From: Octopus bimaculoides
Lineage: Eukaryota
Assembly (NCBI RefSeq): GCF_001194135.2
Contig: NC_068988.1
Coordinates: 73,322,362-73,386,361, forward strand
DNA: 64,000 nucleotides
Direction: 5' to 3'
Shown here: positions 23,681 to 36,479 of the stretch, piece by piece
Layout: each line of letters opens with the position of its first letter
Numbering within the stretch: the first letter of the stretch is position 1
Translations under genes and position numbers: made by a program
Notes under the pieces: model-generated
Database searches by the model: none
Told to the model about the DNA's origin: nothing
The model's input: only the letters and a program-made list of their open reading frames with translations

Positions 23681-26129
23681 TCCCAAAATGCACAAAAAAG
23701 TGTCATATCTAGAGACTATTAAATGCTTGTAGTGAATCTTAAATAACAAGCCTTGCTAGTTTTTTTGTCTGACATTTTATGTTAAAACATTTCCCTAACT
23801 AATTTACTTGTTAACTTAATGATGCGATGTCAAGAAAAATGACCCAATGTAGTTACTTTAACACTATATTGAAAAGGATATAGAAATTTAATTTGTTGAA
23901 AATATTATATATCAAGTAAAGTTTCAGATATTCAAGTAAAGATTTGAAATAAATTAGCAAACTAATTTTCATTATTATTTGACACTATGACAAGTCATAA
24001 TAGCCAAGAACCTTTAGTGAAGCTCTTTTTCATCAATAGTCTTTGTTCTTCAATATTTCAAAATTGTCAGCACCAGGTCAAATCTGATTGAATAATCAGA
24101 GTCATTCCAGTCATGATGATCACATTCTTTTAAGATTGTCTTGACAAAAATTATGTGTGTTTTTTTTCCTTCTTAAGACAATGGAGTATGATTTGAGGAA
24201 GATTTGTTTATAATTTCTAGTAGGATGAGTCACTTTAGCATTGACCTTTTGTTTCAAAGCTGTTTATAATAGCAATGAATTGCTTACTTTATTGACTTAT
24301 TCAGCAATTTCTTTTCCATTACTCTCATGAATTATTGAAACCAGTGGTGCAAAATTGTGGGGCTATTAGTATTTAAGTATGGCAGATTGCTATCACATGC
24401 ACATATAGTTTAACATAATTAGCTAATTTAGATTAAATCCTGTATTTAATTTTTGAACAATAAATATTTAGACTGGAAAACAAGACAATCTTGTTGAGGC
24501 CAGAATATTGTCACTTTAGCTTTGAAAATATACTGAAAATTATTCAAACAAAAATAGCCCTATTATATTTGAAATCTAAGATAATCTGATGCCACCTTGG
24601 AGAAATAGTGAACAGTCAGTGTACTTTTCCATAGCTTTCATCACATGTATGCACTATACTCAAAGCTATTAAATTATTCCATTCTTGTTTTTGAGATATT
24701 CTAATTCCCAAGTCAAACCTTATACCAAAATTAAAAATAGATATTTTACATTTATTTTACCCAGATTTGAGATGAGAAAAAATAGAGACAACTAGCACTG
24801 ATTAAATCCACTATACTCTTCATTCTTGTGCTTGTCTTAAGAATTATTTATTGAGGTCAGATGCTCAACACTAAGTACATAATGAACTAACATCTATAAC
24901 TACATTATCTCATATGTCCATTATATTTTTAAGGCAATTGGGTATAATTTGAAGGTATTTTGTTACTACTTCTAACAGATTGAGTAACTATATAAAAGTT
25001 TCTTTGCTTGGGTAGTATTTTTCTATCCCTCTCCCCAGTTGCAATATGTTTAGGATTCTTGAGAAGTAGAAAGTGGGACATGTTAATTAAATTAGTCATC
25101 TTTGTATTTTAGAAGTAATGTTTTTGTCAAGAATATTTGTTTCGTTCTAATCTTAATCTCATCTTCATGATCTTGGTATTTAACATTGTTGGCATGAGAA
25201 ATTCCATAAGACTCATCTAGATTTATTCCTTTAGCAACTAAACAAAGCATACATAAACATCATAGCTAAGCTCTCATTCTTAGACATCATATATTAAGTC
25301 TTCTCCTTCCCATTTGTCACATCCTCTGACAATTTCTGTAAGAAAAATGAGAGGCTTGGTGTTGTTCATTTTTGCCTTTGTAGGCAAGTGGTGTGAATTT
25401 TTCTCTTGTATTCGTGCTTTTCTCCACGTAGCCCTGTCTTAACTCCATATCTCACATCAATCTAGTCTATGCAAGAGTGCCACATCAATCTCTTTCATTC
25501 ATAATGCATACCACCCTCCCTCCTGACAAGGGCATCTCACCCAACACTGTCAGTTCCAATCAATGTGAACCTCTCTCTCTTTTTTGCTTTTCTCTGTTCC
25601 TTATGTCTTACTTGCTCTCTCTTCGTCTCCCTACCATATGATCTATTCATTACCTCATACCTACAACTCCTTCTCTGATACATTATTTGTCCTCACTTCT
25701 AAATCTTCTTTCAGACCTTAGTAACTAATCTAGAAGAGCTGTACACTCTGAAATAAAAATAATGTACACAAGGAGATGAAGATGCTGTTAGCCCTAGTGA
25801 AGGTAACTTGTCCATACATGGGGTGGACATGGACTTCATATACTACTGGGAGGGTAACTTGTCTTCTGAATAAAAGCCACTCTGAATAAAAACTGAGTGA
25901 AGTGAGCTCACTTTAGTCCTGGAATGCAACTTCTCTAGTGCACGGGACATGAAAAATGCACCCAATTCACACTTGGTTGGTGATAGGAAGAACACTCAGC
26001 CTGTAAAACAATACCAAACTCATACAAAGCTCCAACTCCAAAATATGCTCTTATTGCACATACAGGATTAACACTCAACATGCTAGCGTTGTGTATGGTA
26101 GTAAGGTGGAAACATCGAGCCATGTGTGA

Positions 26130-26345
26130 GACTCTTCAAACAACTTTCAAGAAATCATGCATTTCTTTTCAGGTGCAGTAAGGAGTCAAACATTAGTGTT
26201 CCCAACAAGTGGATTCCATCTCCTGTCAGGCAAAACCTCTCAAAGCTTGAACTATTAATGAAAAGTAGAGATTATGGAGATGCTAGAGTGGTGGCAAGAG
26301 GTAAGATGGAGGGAAGTCTCAACCAGACTCTCCACAGACAAAGAA
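26130..26345 (+). mobile_element. Possible RTE C-terminal remnant
   Basis: SKESNISV...RVVARGKMEGS resembles the RTE C-terminal N.S(V/I)...QGK(I/V)EG motif. Confidence 0.35.
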
Positions 26346-27269
26346 TACTGATATAATTTCTAGCTAACAATGTTGGTTTAAGTGAGGCTGTTACATGTAG
26401 GAAAAACCATGGCAGCTATTATCTCAGCCTGTGTCCAACAATTGAAGGCAAAATAGTTACTTCTACAAGGCCCTCTTATGAACTACCTTGATTACATTGA
26501 ACAATGATATTGTTGTCTTGGCTGCAGTGGTGGCTTGTAGATAAAATTAGTGGGGGTGCTGCTTCAGAAAATTGTCAGCCATTGTTTTAATATTGTGTAA
26601 AAGGAAACAAACATATAAAGAGAAAATTTATACATAAACTTGATCGGTTCACATTTTAGCCACTGCTGGGTAGTGTGTTTAATTTGTTCACTGAACACCG
26701 CTGCAAATTACCCCTAATTTTTCTAAATCCCCCCTAAATCACAAAATAAGGTGGGGAAATGTGCCCTATTTTTCAAATCCTGGCAGCAACACTGAAGCTG
26801 GAAGCAGGATAATAATCTAATTCTACACTTTATCACATTCAAGAATATAAACACGTTTTTAAGCACAACACACATAGAATCAAAAAGAAACACTACCTTT
26901 CACCTGGCAGTGAAATTTTTTTTCGATGAGAGTTCCGGACTCCATAATGAACTCATTTGCATATAGCCAATCAGAGCAGAGCTACTTTTATCCTTTCTTT
27001 CTTTCTAGACAGCACCGTGCATTCCTTACTCTTTCCCCCTCTACTGGCAGACAACAACCTTTTTGTCATTATCAAAAAACAATTTCGCTATCACTACAAG
27101 TACCACTATTTCTCTAACTACCTGTTGGGCAAATGAATAAACATATACATTATTTACATTATTTACATTTGACGGATATTTGTCCTCGTCTTATTTGTTT
27201 TATGTCTCTTTTTCAGAAACAGTTCAATGTATTGAACAGTCAACAATGCTGGACAGGATAGAGATTAAA

Positions 27270-28020
27270 GTTGTAGGTGAGAAAAAATATTGGAAAAGAG
27301 TTACCTGTATCATGACGATTTGAGCAAAGTATCAAAATGTCAACATCAAGACTGCTGCTCAGTGCTCTGTGAATACTGTAAGGGCTGTAAGACATGACAT
27401 GGACAGCTACCTATACAGCAGACTATAAAGCCATAATGAACAGGAAAGGGCACAGCAGGCGTTCTTACTACATCTGTATGCTGGAATTCATTGGACAACT
27501 AATGAACAAGGCCTTAGGCTCAATTCAAACAGCTACGTGAAACTGCTGGAGACTATGGTCAAACCCTAGCTGGAGAGGGTTGCTGCTAGAAGATTATATG
27601 TGTGGCAGCAGGATTTGGCTTCTTGCTATACCCTCCAGAAACAGTCAGAAGTGGTAATTGGAAAATTTCTATGACTTCACTAGTCACAATCTGATTGTAA
27701 TCCCATGGATTACCATGTGTGGGGAGCAGTTGAGAAAGGCACCAACTACTTTACCTGCAGCATCAAGGCCAAGCTGGTGGCCAAGATGAAGGATGTGTCC
27801 AGAGGTTTTCCCAGGGATATAATGAGAAATGCATGCAACAGGTTCCACAGCCTCTTGAGGCCATGGTGGAATCTGAGGTGGTTAATGTGAGTAAACTGTT
27901 ATCTCTCAGCTATAGTTGATATTGGTTGATCTTTTTAAATACTTTTATTTTTAGATGAGATATTGTGTTTTCTTTCACTTTTATGCAAATTGTCAAATAC
28001 AGCTGAACACCTTATATATA
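27270..28020 (+). mobile_element. Tc1/mariner (maT/DD37D-like) transposase remnant
   Basis: YVKLLETMVKP*LERVAARRLYVWQQDLASC...NPMDYHVWGAVEK; right end CAGCTGAACACCTTATA resembles a TIR. Confidence 0.75.
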
Positions 28021-28077
28021 TATACACACGTGTGTTTGTTTGTGTGTGTGTGTGAGTGTGCACGCGAATGTGTGTGT

Positions 28078-28930
28078 CTATCTATATAATAATCTGCTTG
28101 TTTGCTTGCCTGTTATATTTTAGTAAGTTAGAGAGGTGGAGGTGGATTGAGTGAGAGGTGGAGTAAAAGCGGGAGAGAAAGGGGAGGAGTGTGAGTAGAG
28201 AAGAAAGAAGTGAGGAAGAAGTAGAGAAAGATGTATAATAAGGCCAAATGACCACATGGTTAGTTGAAGGGAGAGGGGAAGAGTAAGAGAAAAAGATGGT
28301 GAGAGAAAACAGGGAGAGAGAGAGAAAAGGGAGAAATAAGTGTTAATGATGGGTGGGGAGGGAAAGGTAAAGAGAAAGAGATATGTTTAAGATACAATAT
28401 TTAGCAGAGGGTGATGTTCTGGTGGTGAGGTTAAAGAAAGGCAGATAGAGAGAGATGGACAGGGGAGGCAGAGAGTGTTTGTATTGTCAGAGTAGAAATA
28501 CATTGACAGCAAGAAGTAGATATAAACAAACAGCTAGCTGGACTGAGATGAAATGAGCTTTGTTATTGAAAACTATAGTGATGATGATGGTGGTAGTGGT
28601 GGTGTATTGATAGCGAAAAATATACCTCTTTGTTCACACTTTACGCTTTAGTTTGTTAGAAAGGAGGAGGTGGAGTGAGAGAAGAAGAGGGAATGTGAGA
28701 GTGAGTGAGAGAGCAGATAGCCAGCCAATGCATTATGCTGTCACTCATGTAGTTAATGGAAGTGAGAGGTGAAGAGAAAGTAAGAAATGTTAAAGACACG
28801 AAGAGGGGAATTACATGGCTAAAAAGTTTGTTGGAGAGGTGGAGAGAAAGAGAAAAATATAAAATGTATAACAGAGGGAAATTTTAAAATCATATATTAT
28901 ATTATTGTGACTGGAAATAAAATAACTTAG
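28078..28930 (+). repeat. Purine-rich repeat with Helitron-like 5' end
   Basis: Starts TCTATCTATATAATAATCTGCTTGTTTGCTTG; 3' part is the reverse complement of 8640-8850. Confidence 0.4.
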
Positions 28931-29721
28931 CTAAATAAACTAAAAATGCAAATCATCTTTTCTTTCTTAAATAGTTTCTCTCAATCTTTTTTGTTTTGTG
29001 GAATCCATGGGACCCACAAGTATCATTTAATATGTTAATTCTCAGGCTAACAGGCCAAAGGGACACAACTCTTAACTCCCTTCCTTCAATGTTCTTTTAT
29101 TGTTTCTTTTTGAGTTTACACTTTTCCTCTCATTCTTTCTCGTTCTTCTTCACTCTTCCTCAGAGAGCAGCAATGTTGTATTTTGAACCTGGATGGTTGC
29201 TCAGTAATACATAGATCAATATATACAAGCTCGTCTGTCTAAGATCATCATTTTCCATGTTCACATGTCTTGGACAGTTTGACCGTATTTGGTGAGCTAT
29301 AGAGCCATGTGAAGCTCCAAAGTCAGTTTTGGCATAGTTTCTATGGGTGGATGCCTTTCCTAATGCCAACTAAATACTGCACTGAATTATCAGAGGCATG
29401 AAACTTATAGTAGCACATATTTAAATCCTGTGTATATCAAATATCACCAGTGATTTGTTAACTATTGTTTTTCTTGATCAATAGCAGTGAAATTTGTAGT
29501 TGACAGTGGATGCTTGCTTCTGATGACATGCAAAGACACAGAAATCATTAGTTAGCAATTTTACCACTGCTGCAGTTGGATGCTTTTCATTTGCTTGTGA
29601 TATACTTCTGAGCTTTCTATAACATATTAATATTTAGTAAAATATACAGAATGCTATTCTGAACCAATACTGCTTCTATTGCATATAACACACACACACA
29701 CACATATATATGAATGTGTGT

Positions 29722-29952
29722 GGCGGCGAGCTGGCAGAACCGTTAGCACACAGGGCGAAATGCTTAGCGGTATTTCGTCTGCCCGCTACGTTCTGAGTTC
29801 AAATTCCGCCGAGATCGACTTTGCCTTTCATCCTTTCGGGGTTGATTAAATAAGTACCAGTTACGCACTGGGGTCGATATAATCGATTTAATCCGTTTGT
29901 CTGTCCTTGTGTGTCCCCTCTGTGTGTAGCCCCTTGTGGGTAGTAAAGAAAT
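29722..29952 (+). mobile_element. SINE family B, little-diverged copy
   Basis: GGCGGCGAGCTGGCAGAACCGTTAGC (A-box-like), GAGTTCAAATTCC (B-box-like), central CATCCTTTCGGGGTTGATTAAATAAGTACCAG; CpGs retained. Confidence 0.9.
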
Positions 29953-30515
29953 AACACACATATATATGAATGTATGTATACTGATCTCAGGACCTATGTA
30001 TATTGATCTCAGGTAATATGTGGTTCATGAGAAAATCTACCTAAATCAGTGAAACTGAGTTCTAGTAGAGCTCTGTGTGTGTGTGTAATGAATAAACATA
30101 TAATAAAAGAAAAAAAAAATGCACACAATTTATATATTTTTAATATATTTTAAAGGATAGAATATTATAATAGTTTACCAGTTTCGCGTTTGTGCAATTA
30201 CCTCCCCTGTCTCGAATGATAACAATCACTAATTACCTCCCCTTAGATTTTTTCTCCATGCTGATTTATTTACAAACAACCATACAAATAACATGGACTA
30301 AAAACTTCTTAAGAAAATATGAAATTGCAATATTTTCACCAATTTCAATGTCATGATTAACGAAATGGGAAACTGGTAGACTATAGTAATATTCTATTCT
30401 TTAAAATATATTAAAGATATATAAAGTGTGTGCATTTACCTTTTTTTACTATATATTTTTTCACTACAACTCATCACATGGGGAAAATCTCTTCAACGAA
30501 ATTCTTTTTTTTTTT

Positions 30516-30560
<45 letters not shown>

Positions 30561-30564
30561 TGGT

Positions 30565-30960
30565 TATTGCTCCATTTTCGCCGATGATTGTTGTCTCTCT
30601 TGGCTTCCTTGTAAATGACATATTTGATTTTCTGTCTATGACCTCTCAGATGACAATTCAGTCCTACTGTAGATCTGCATGGTTTGAAACATAGGTGACA
30701 GACAAAAGTTGTTACCTTCGTTGGTTCGATGCAACTTATCTAGCATTTCCTCTTTGGGTGAGCAGTGCTTTCCCTGAAAAGGGCTGTTCAATCACAAGAA
30801 TCAGCACAGGAGTTGGTCCCTGTCATGGAAAGACAACAACGTTAGGATAAGACTTTTGCCACCTATGTGCAGATTTGTAACTGAGTGCTTCCAACTAGTA
30901 GGTCTGCAAACAGTGCCACTCTTCTATTGCTGTAGGACTTTCAAAAATAAATGGAATGAT
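30565..30960 (-). mobile_element. RTE (BovB-like) LINE 3' end
   Basis: Minus strand ...SWKHSV... then FVCHLCFKPCRSTVGLNCHLRGH, the terminal C2H2-like motif of RTE ORFs. Confidence 0.7.
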
Positions 30961-31115
30961 AAATGAGGTCATCATAAAGAGATATCTGTATATCATTAAT
31001 TATAGTGATAAAAGCTTGTACAACATAAGCCCCACTCTCTGAGTATCTATGATTTGTACTAAGTGACAGACTGAAGTGAGATGACCACTAATGATGTGAA
31101 ATTATAGAGTGTTCC

Positions 31116-31407
31116 TGTTGTATTTCCCTCGGAAGACTCACAGAGATAACACAACGAGTTATACGAATTTAATTATTAAATTTATTATTCAATTACATAC
31201 AAAGAACGCACTCACCCAATGTTCGTTATAAATAAACAAAAGCCATGTCCGCCATATATATCAATGACATTTTACTACCCCAGTCCTTCAGAACAACAAC
31301 AATGAAACAATGAACTCAGACAAACCACAGTGACACACGGAACGTCAGACAAATTACATATCTAACAGTCCATATAACAGTTCCTCTCCTAGGAGGAGGA
31401 TGTGACA
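31116..31407 (-). mobile_element. Possible solo LTR (about 290 bp)
   Basis: Reverse complement TGTCACATCC...AATAAA...ATACAACA (TG...CA); no TSD found. Confidence 0.4.
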
Positions 31408-31899
31408 TCAGTAAGGGGTCTTTCACTCTTGGTAGCTTATGATAATTAATCCATAGTTGGGACCCTGACAGATGCCACTATGGGTCAGAGTAGATAAAGA
31501 AACAGTAATGGCTAAGAGGTGGTTCTACACTCCTCAAAATCATGGAACTTCTAAACAAGGGCTCCACTACTGCATGCAGTTTAAAGATATACCCAAGACA
31601 CACACACATATATATGCACAACTGGGCCCTTTGCCTAATTTTCATCCTCAAGACACCCACCACCATTCATCAGTTCCCTAACTGCAGTTCTTCCTTGACA
31701 TCTACCCCGAACCACTTCACTTGTTATCCATTAATACACTTTTCTCACTACCCGCTCTTTCATTGATCACTACCCCTACTATATCACCAAATTAACTCTC
31801 CTTCCCCACCACCAGGTCTCACTCTCCTCATACAGTACACCTGTCTCTCTTTCTTCCCCATCCATTCCTGGAACCTACTCAACAGCATGTCATCTCTCT

Positions 31900-32830
31900 T
31901 TTTCGTGTTGTCAAAAAATTTGGACCTGAACTTTTGACACACTGATTCCAAAAATGACATCCATTTATTACCATTGTGTCAAAATTTTAAGATATTGGAT
32001 CCATAGAATTTCAATGTTTTATCACTAAAACAGCTTGAGAAACAAGGCATAAATTACAAATAGATATAGAAATTGACTTTTCTTTAAAACCAGAATGTTT
32101 TCTTAAAATCCTACTTAAAAACTAGTAAAAATCTTAAAATTTCTACAGACAAATTACATTATTGTTTATGCCTAATTTCTCATGAATGTGTGTTTGGATG
32201 ATTTTCTTGATGGTTGAAACAGAAAGGGATCATGAGCCAAGTTCCAGCAATAATCCGCCATCATATGCATGTCCCATTTGCCTTCAAATCTTTATTCCAT
32301 TGATTTTATGTCTTGATGGAAACATTCTCCCTGCTCATCACTTGTGTTATCAAAATTTTTAGGGAATTTATCAAAATGACTGTGGATACAGTGCAGCTTT
32401 ATGCTCCTATTTGCTCCTAACTTTTGAATATTCTTCAGTATGCTGTCAACTGATATAGTTGGCTGCTTCCTTGCTGCCCAGAAAGTCATTTACAACTCTT
32501 ACAAATGAATTCCATGCTACTACTTCAATGCAATTCATTGAATTTACCAAGTTCCTATCTTACATCAATTTTCTGATTTGAGGGCCATCAAATACTCCAG
32601 CTTTTCACTGTTCAGACCAGGAAATGTGCTGCAGATATAGTAAAAGCATAGTCCATCTTTATCCAGAGTTTTAATAAACTGCTTCATAATGTCAAATTTG
32701 ATATGGAGTAGAGGTAAGATGATTTTCTTTCCTAGTTGAACTAAAGGCTTTTCATCCATGTTAAAAGTCCCTAGGCCATTCTTCGATCACCAAACGTTTT
32801 TACTGGCTCTGCTGTCTCACATACATGAAA
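31900..32830 (-). mobile_element. DNA transposase remnant, probably CMC/Chapaev3-like
   Basis: ILPLLHIKFDIMKQFIKTLDKDG...FPGLNSEKL and SIKLHCIHSHFDKFPKNFDNTSDEQGECFHQDIKSME*RFEGKWDMHMMADYCW; superfamily assignment from memory. Confidence 0.65.
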
Positions 32831-33139
32831 TGCACAGATATTTGTATTAAGTATAAAATATCTTAATATCTTAATAAGATATTAAGTATAAAAGTGATAT
32901 TGTCTGCAAAAATTAGAAACTGGACAGACAAAAGATCAATATTCAAAGTAATTGAACATAAACAATGAAACCTGTAAAATATTTCTAAATTCGATGGTTC
33001 AATTAGTTTCATGAAAATGTTGTATGAACTGTAAATAAGCAATAAATATTATGATTTGTAAAATAAGTATAAGTGATACAGGGTATCCCAACTGAATGTG
33101 GTGTGGAAGTTTGGTTCATTTTTTAAGAATTTTAAGCAT

Positions 33140-33632
33140 TTGAAGTATTAGTTCATCGTATTGGGACACACTTATTAAATACATTCAGGAATCAAAAATT
33201 TCTGTACTGTCATCGGAAACGTTTAACTGGAAAAATGCAGAATTATCGGAGTTATGGGTATTGAAAGTGTACATGCATCAAGAAAGTACTATAATAAGGT
33301 TTAGCAGTTGAAAACTGTGAGTAGTGAAATGCAGAATGAGGTCTGCTGATCGTGAGAATCAAATATTGATCGCTTTGCTAAAAACTAATAGCTGTAAGTG
33401 CAGGTGCTATGGGTTATTTCCCTTGAGTGTTTAAAAAAATTAGTTATATGAGGTAGATATAAAGATCCCTTCCAGGTGCCGTATTATCGATTTTTCAACA
33501 ATCTAAGTCTGTCATGAGGTTTCCAGACATGAGTTCTACTCACGTGTCAATTTTCATCAAAATCAATAAAACGATGTAAGAGGAGTTAGCTAAGAACATC
33601 ACAAACAAACACACTGATTTTCGACATATGTA

Positions 33633-33640
<8 letters not shown>
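33140..33640 (-). mobile_element. Non-autonomous Helitron/HINE-like repeat
   Basis: Reverse complement starts TATATACTACATATGTCGAAAATCAGTGTGTTTGTTTG and has GATTTTGATGAAAATTGACAC, typical of Helitron-derived short elements. Confidence 0.45.
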
Positions 33641-33663
<23 letters not shown>

Positions 33664-33668
<5 letters not shown>

Positions 33669-35893
33669 AGTTTCAGCTTAGAGCTGTGGCTATGCTGGAG
33701 TACTGCCATTTTGCTACACTGTTTTTACTGAGAGCCTCCTCTAATATGTGGCACTTGGTGAAGAATGGACTTTGATGTAGCTACCCTTAATTGTACCTCT
33801 TGCCATGAGGTAGATTCATCAGTGACTCTCGACAGGAAGAGGTCCAGCCATGATTTGAAAATGTTTACATCCACTTTGTGCAGGTTCCTCAGGCTCTTTG
33901 GGAGAATGTTAAAAAGCTGTGGGCCCCTGAAACCCAGGCTGTTGCAGTAATTGGTCCTGAAGCAAGATGGCATTGCTTGGATCTTTGGCACTGTACATTG
34001 TCAACCTGTTCTGGCATTGGTGTCGCTTTCAATGCCAAAATTTGGCACAATTCCTTCCAGGATGTTCCAGATGTATATTACTGCATTCCTCTCCTGCCTT
34101 CACTCTAGGGAGTAGAGTCTTAACTGTTTGTCCCTTTTCCAGTAGCTGAGTTGTTGCAAAGAGACTATCTTCTTTGTGAAGCTTCACTGGATTGCTTCAA
34201 GGTCCACTGTTAATTTTACCCAGTTGGGTGACCATAGCTGGGAGCAGTATCCAGGTGGCTGTGGATGAATGTCCTCCAGAAGACCAATATAGTTACCTTA
34301 TCTCTGGTTCTGAATGTTCTCAGGATCCATCCAGCAAGTCATCTGCACTTTGTCGCCATCCTGGTAATGTGCTCTTGGAAAGAGGTATCATCACTCATGT
34401 CGATACCCAGGTCCCTCACTGATTTAGGCTCGGGGATTGTAATTCCATGTGGACCAGTGTACCCTGTAAGTTTCATATTCAGTTTTGGATGCTGGTAGTG
34501 TAGGGCTTGGAATTTTTGAGCATTAGACTGCATATTATTATCCTCAGCCCATCTGTAAATTGAGTCCCACTTCTACTGCAGATGTGCAACATTGCTGGGA
34601 TTCTGTATTTTCTGCAAGACTTCTGTATTGTCTGTGTAGCTAGCAAGGGTGGCTATCCGGGAAGTTGAGGACATATCTGAAAGAGCCACTATGAAAAGCA
34701 GTGGTCCCAAGACAGTGCCCTGTGGAACACTGCTCACTATTTGTGTTTTCATTGAGGTGGCTCCATTGGCCACTTCTGCTTGGTTTCTATCTTTCAGAAA
34801 GTCATGTAACCACTCTCCAAGTTTTCCCGAGATCATAGTTTGTGGCATACCATACCATGATCCACTTTATCAAAAGCTTTTGCAAAATCAAGGTACATTA
34901 CGCTCACATTTGAGTTGCTGAGTAACTACCTCAACACCCAGTCATAACGTTGTAAGAGCTGGGTCAAGCAGCTCCTACCTGGTCGTAAGCCATGCTGGGT
35001 ATCACTCAGCAAGTTATTTTTGTCAAGGGATGTGATTAATTTCCCTCTGACAATCCGTTCCATGACTTTGCTGATGTGTGAAGTCAGGGACATAGGTCTA
35101 TAGTTTTTGGCATCTGCTCTGCTTCCCCCTTTATGGATTGGGCATATCATTCCTCCTTCAGCTTGCTTGGCAGTCTGCCATTTGCAAGAGAGCTCTAGAA
35201 GAGAATCTGGAGGGGTTTTGCCAGGGCACACTTACACAATTTGAAGATTGCTGGGAAACCATCAGGACCAGCAGTTGAGTTTGCATCCACCTCATCTATG
35301 GCTGGTAGTATATCTTCTTTGCTAATGTTGATGTATTCCATCGTAACTGCCTTGCTGGTTATAAGTGAAATCCACTCGTTCAGTCACTTGTCTGTGTTTC
35401 AATGGGGTGGTAAAGACACTTTTGAACTTGGACTATCTGTGAGTGAGCCATCCTTTTGGAAGAGGGGTCCTATCTTGTAGCATACTGAGGCTGTTTCTTT
35501 CGCATAATGAAAGAAGGCCTCTGGGTTTGACTTAATGTTTTTTATAACCCAAGCTTCTTTATCTGCTCTCTCCCTCACATAGGATTGTTTCAGGCTTATT
35601 TCAATCTCCATCAGTGTTGTTTTTAGGCGGAACCTTTCACTACATTTGGAATGTTTGTTGAGGCGATTTGCAACCTTCGTCTGTCGTCTCATGAGGATCT
35701 TCCTCTCCCTTGGAATCTTGTTCCTTTTTGTATTGACCTTGTGATCTGGGACATATTTCTGGCATATGGTTTTCACAACAGACATGAAATATTCTAGTTT
35801 CATGCCAATGTCTGGTGTGGAGAGACATCTTGGCCAGTCCTGTCTGAGGATCTCTTTTTGGATCGATTTCCAGTCGGCTTTGTGGAAGTTCAG
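33664..35893 (-). mobile_element. CR1/L2-group LINE, 5'-truncated, with intact 3' tail
   Basis: NFHKADWKSI..., PIHKGGSRADAKNYRPMSLTSHISKVMERIV, QHGLRPGRSCLTQLL, VPQGTVLGPLLFIVALSD, SLGFRGPQLFNILPKSLR; stops and frameshifts. Confidence 0.9.
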
Positions 35894-35926
35894 ATATATA
35901 TATATATATATATATTTAAAAAATAT

Positions 35927-35963
<37 letters not shown>

Positions 35964-36015
35964 TGACAACAGAATGAATGATACCTCGATATTATGTAAA
36001 TAGAGGAATTTATCC

Positions 36016-36255
36016 ATAAATATATAATATAGGACAATCAGTTAGTTGACATAATAATACTCTGAGTTTCAGATATTGAAGCTAAAAGCTACTAGGTATA
36101 CTCATCAGCTATTAAGACAAGAACACGTTCTTCTCTTAACTGTTGCGTATACATAGTAGCTTGTCTTAACTGATGAGTATACCTAGTAGCTCCAGTATCT
36201 GAAACTCTGAGTATTATTATGACAACTAACTCATTGTCCTATATTATATATTTAT
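36016..36255. repeat. Imperfect about 100-bp inverted repeat with hammerhead-like motif in each arm
   Basis: 36016-36121 vs 36160-36255 are reverse complements with small indels; CUGAUGA...GAAAC cores at 36170-36205 (+) and 36066-36108 (-). Confidence 0.9.
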
Positions 36256-36276
36256 ATAAAAATGTATATATATAGT

Positions 36277-36321
<45 letters not shown>

Positions 36322-36421
36322 NNNNNNNNNNNNNNNNNNNNNNNNNNNNNNNNNNNNNNNNNNNNNNNNNNNNNNNNNNNNNNNNNNNNNNNNNNNNNNN
36401 NNNNNNNNNNNNNNNNNNNNN
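36322..36421. other. Assembly gap (100 N)
   Basis: N run inside (TA)n. Confidence 1.
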
Positions 36422-36454
<33 letters not shown>

Positions 36455-36479
36455 TGTATGTATGTGTATATTTATTTGT

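Noticed and set aside
26126-26356. Apparent plus-strand exon (TTTTCAG|...AG|GTAAGA)
   Set aside because: Its translation resembles an RTE C-terminus more than any host protein I recognise; kept only as a low-confidence TE remnant.
26525-26797. hAT-type MITE (CAGTGGTGGC ... GCAACACTG)
   Set aside because: TIR match is weak and there is no 8-bp TSD.
29722-29810. tRNA genes at SINE heads
   Set aside because: A/B-box-like motifs are present, but I could not fold a cloverleaf, and each is fused to a multi-copy SINE body.
35399-36037. 212-aa ORF as a host gene
   Set aside because: It is the CR1-like LINE inter-domain region fused in frame to microsatellite-derived codons.
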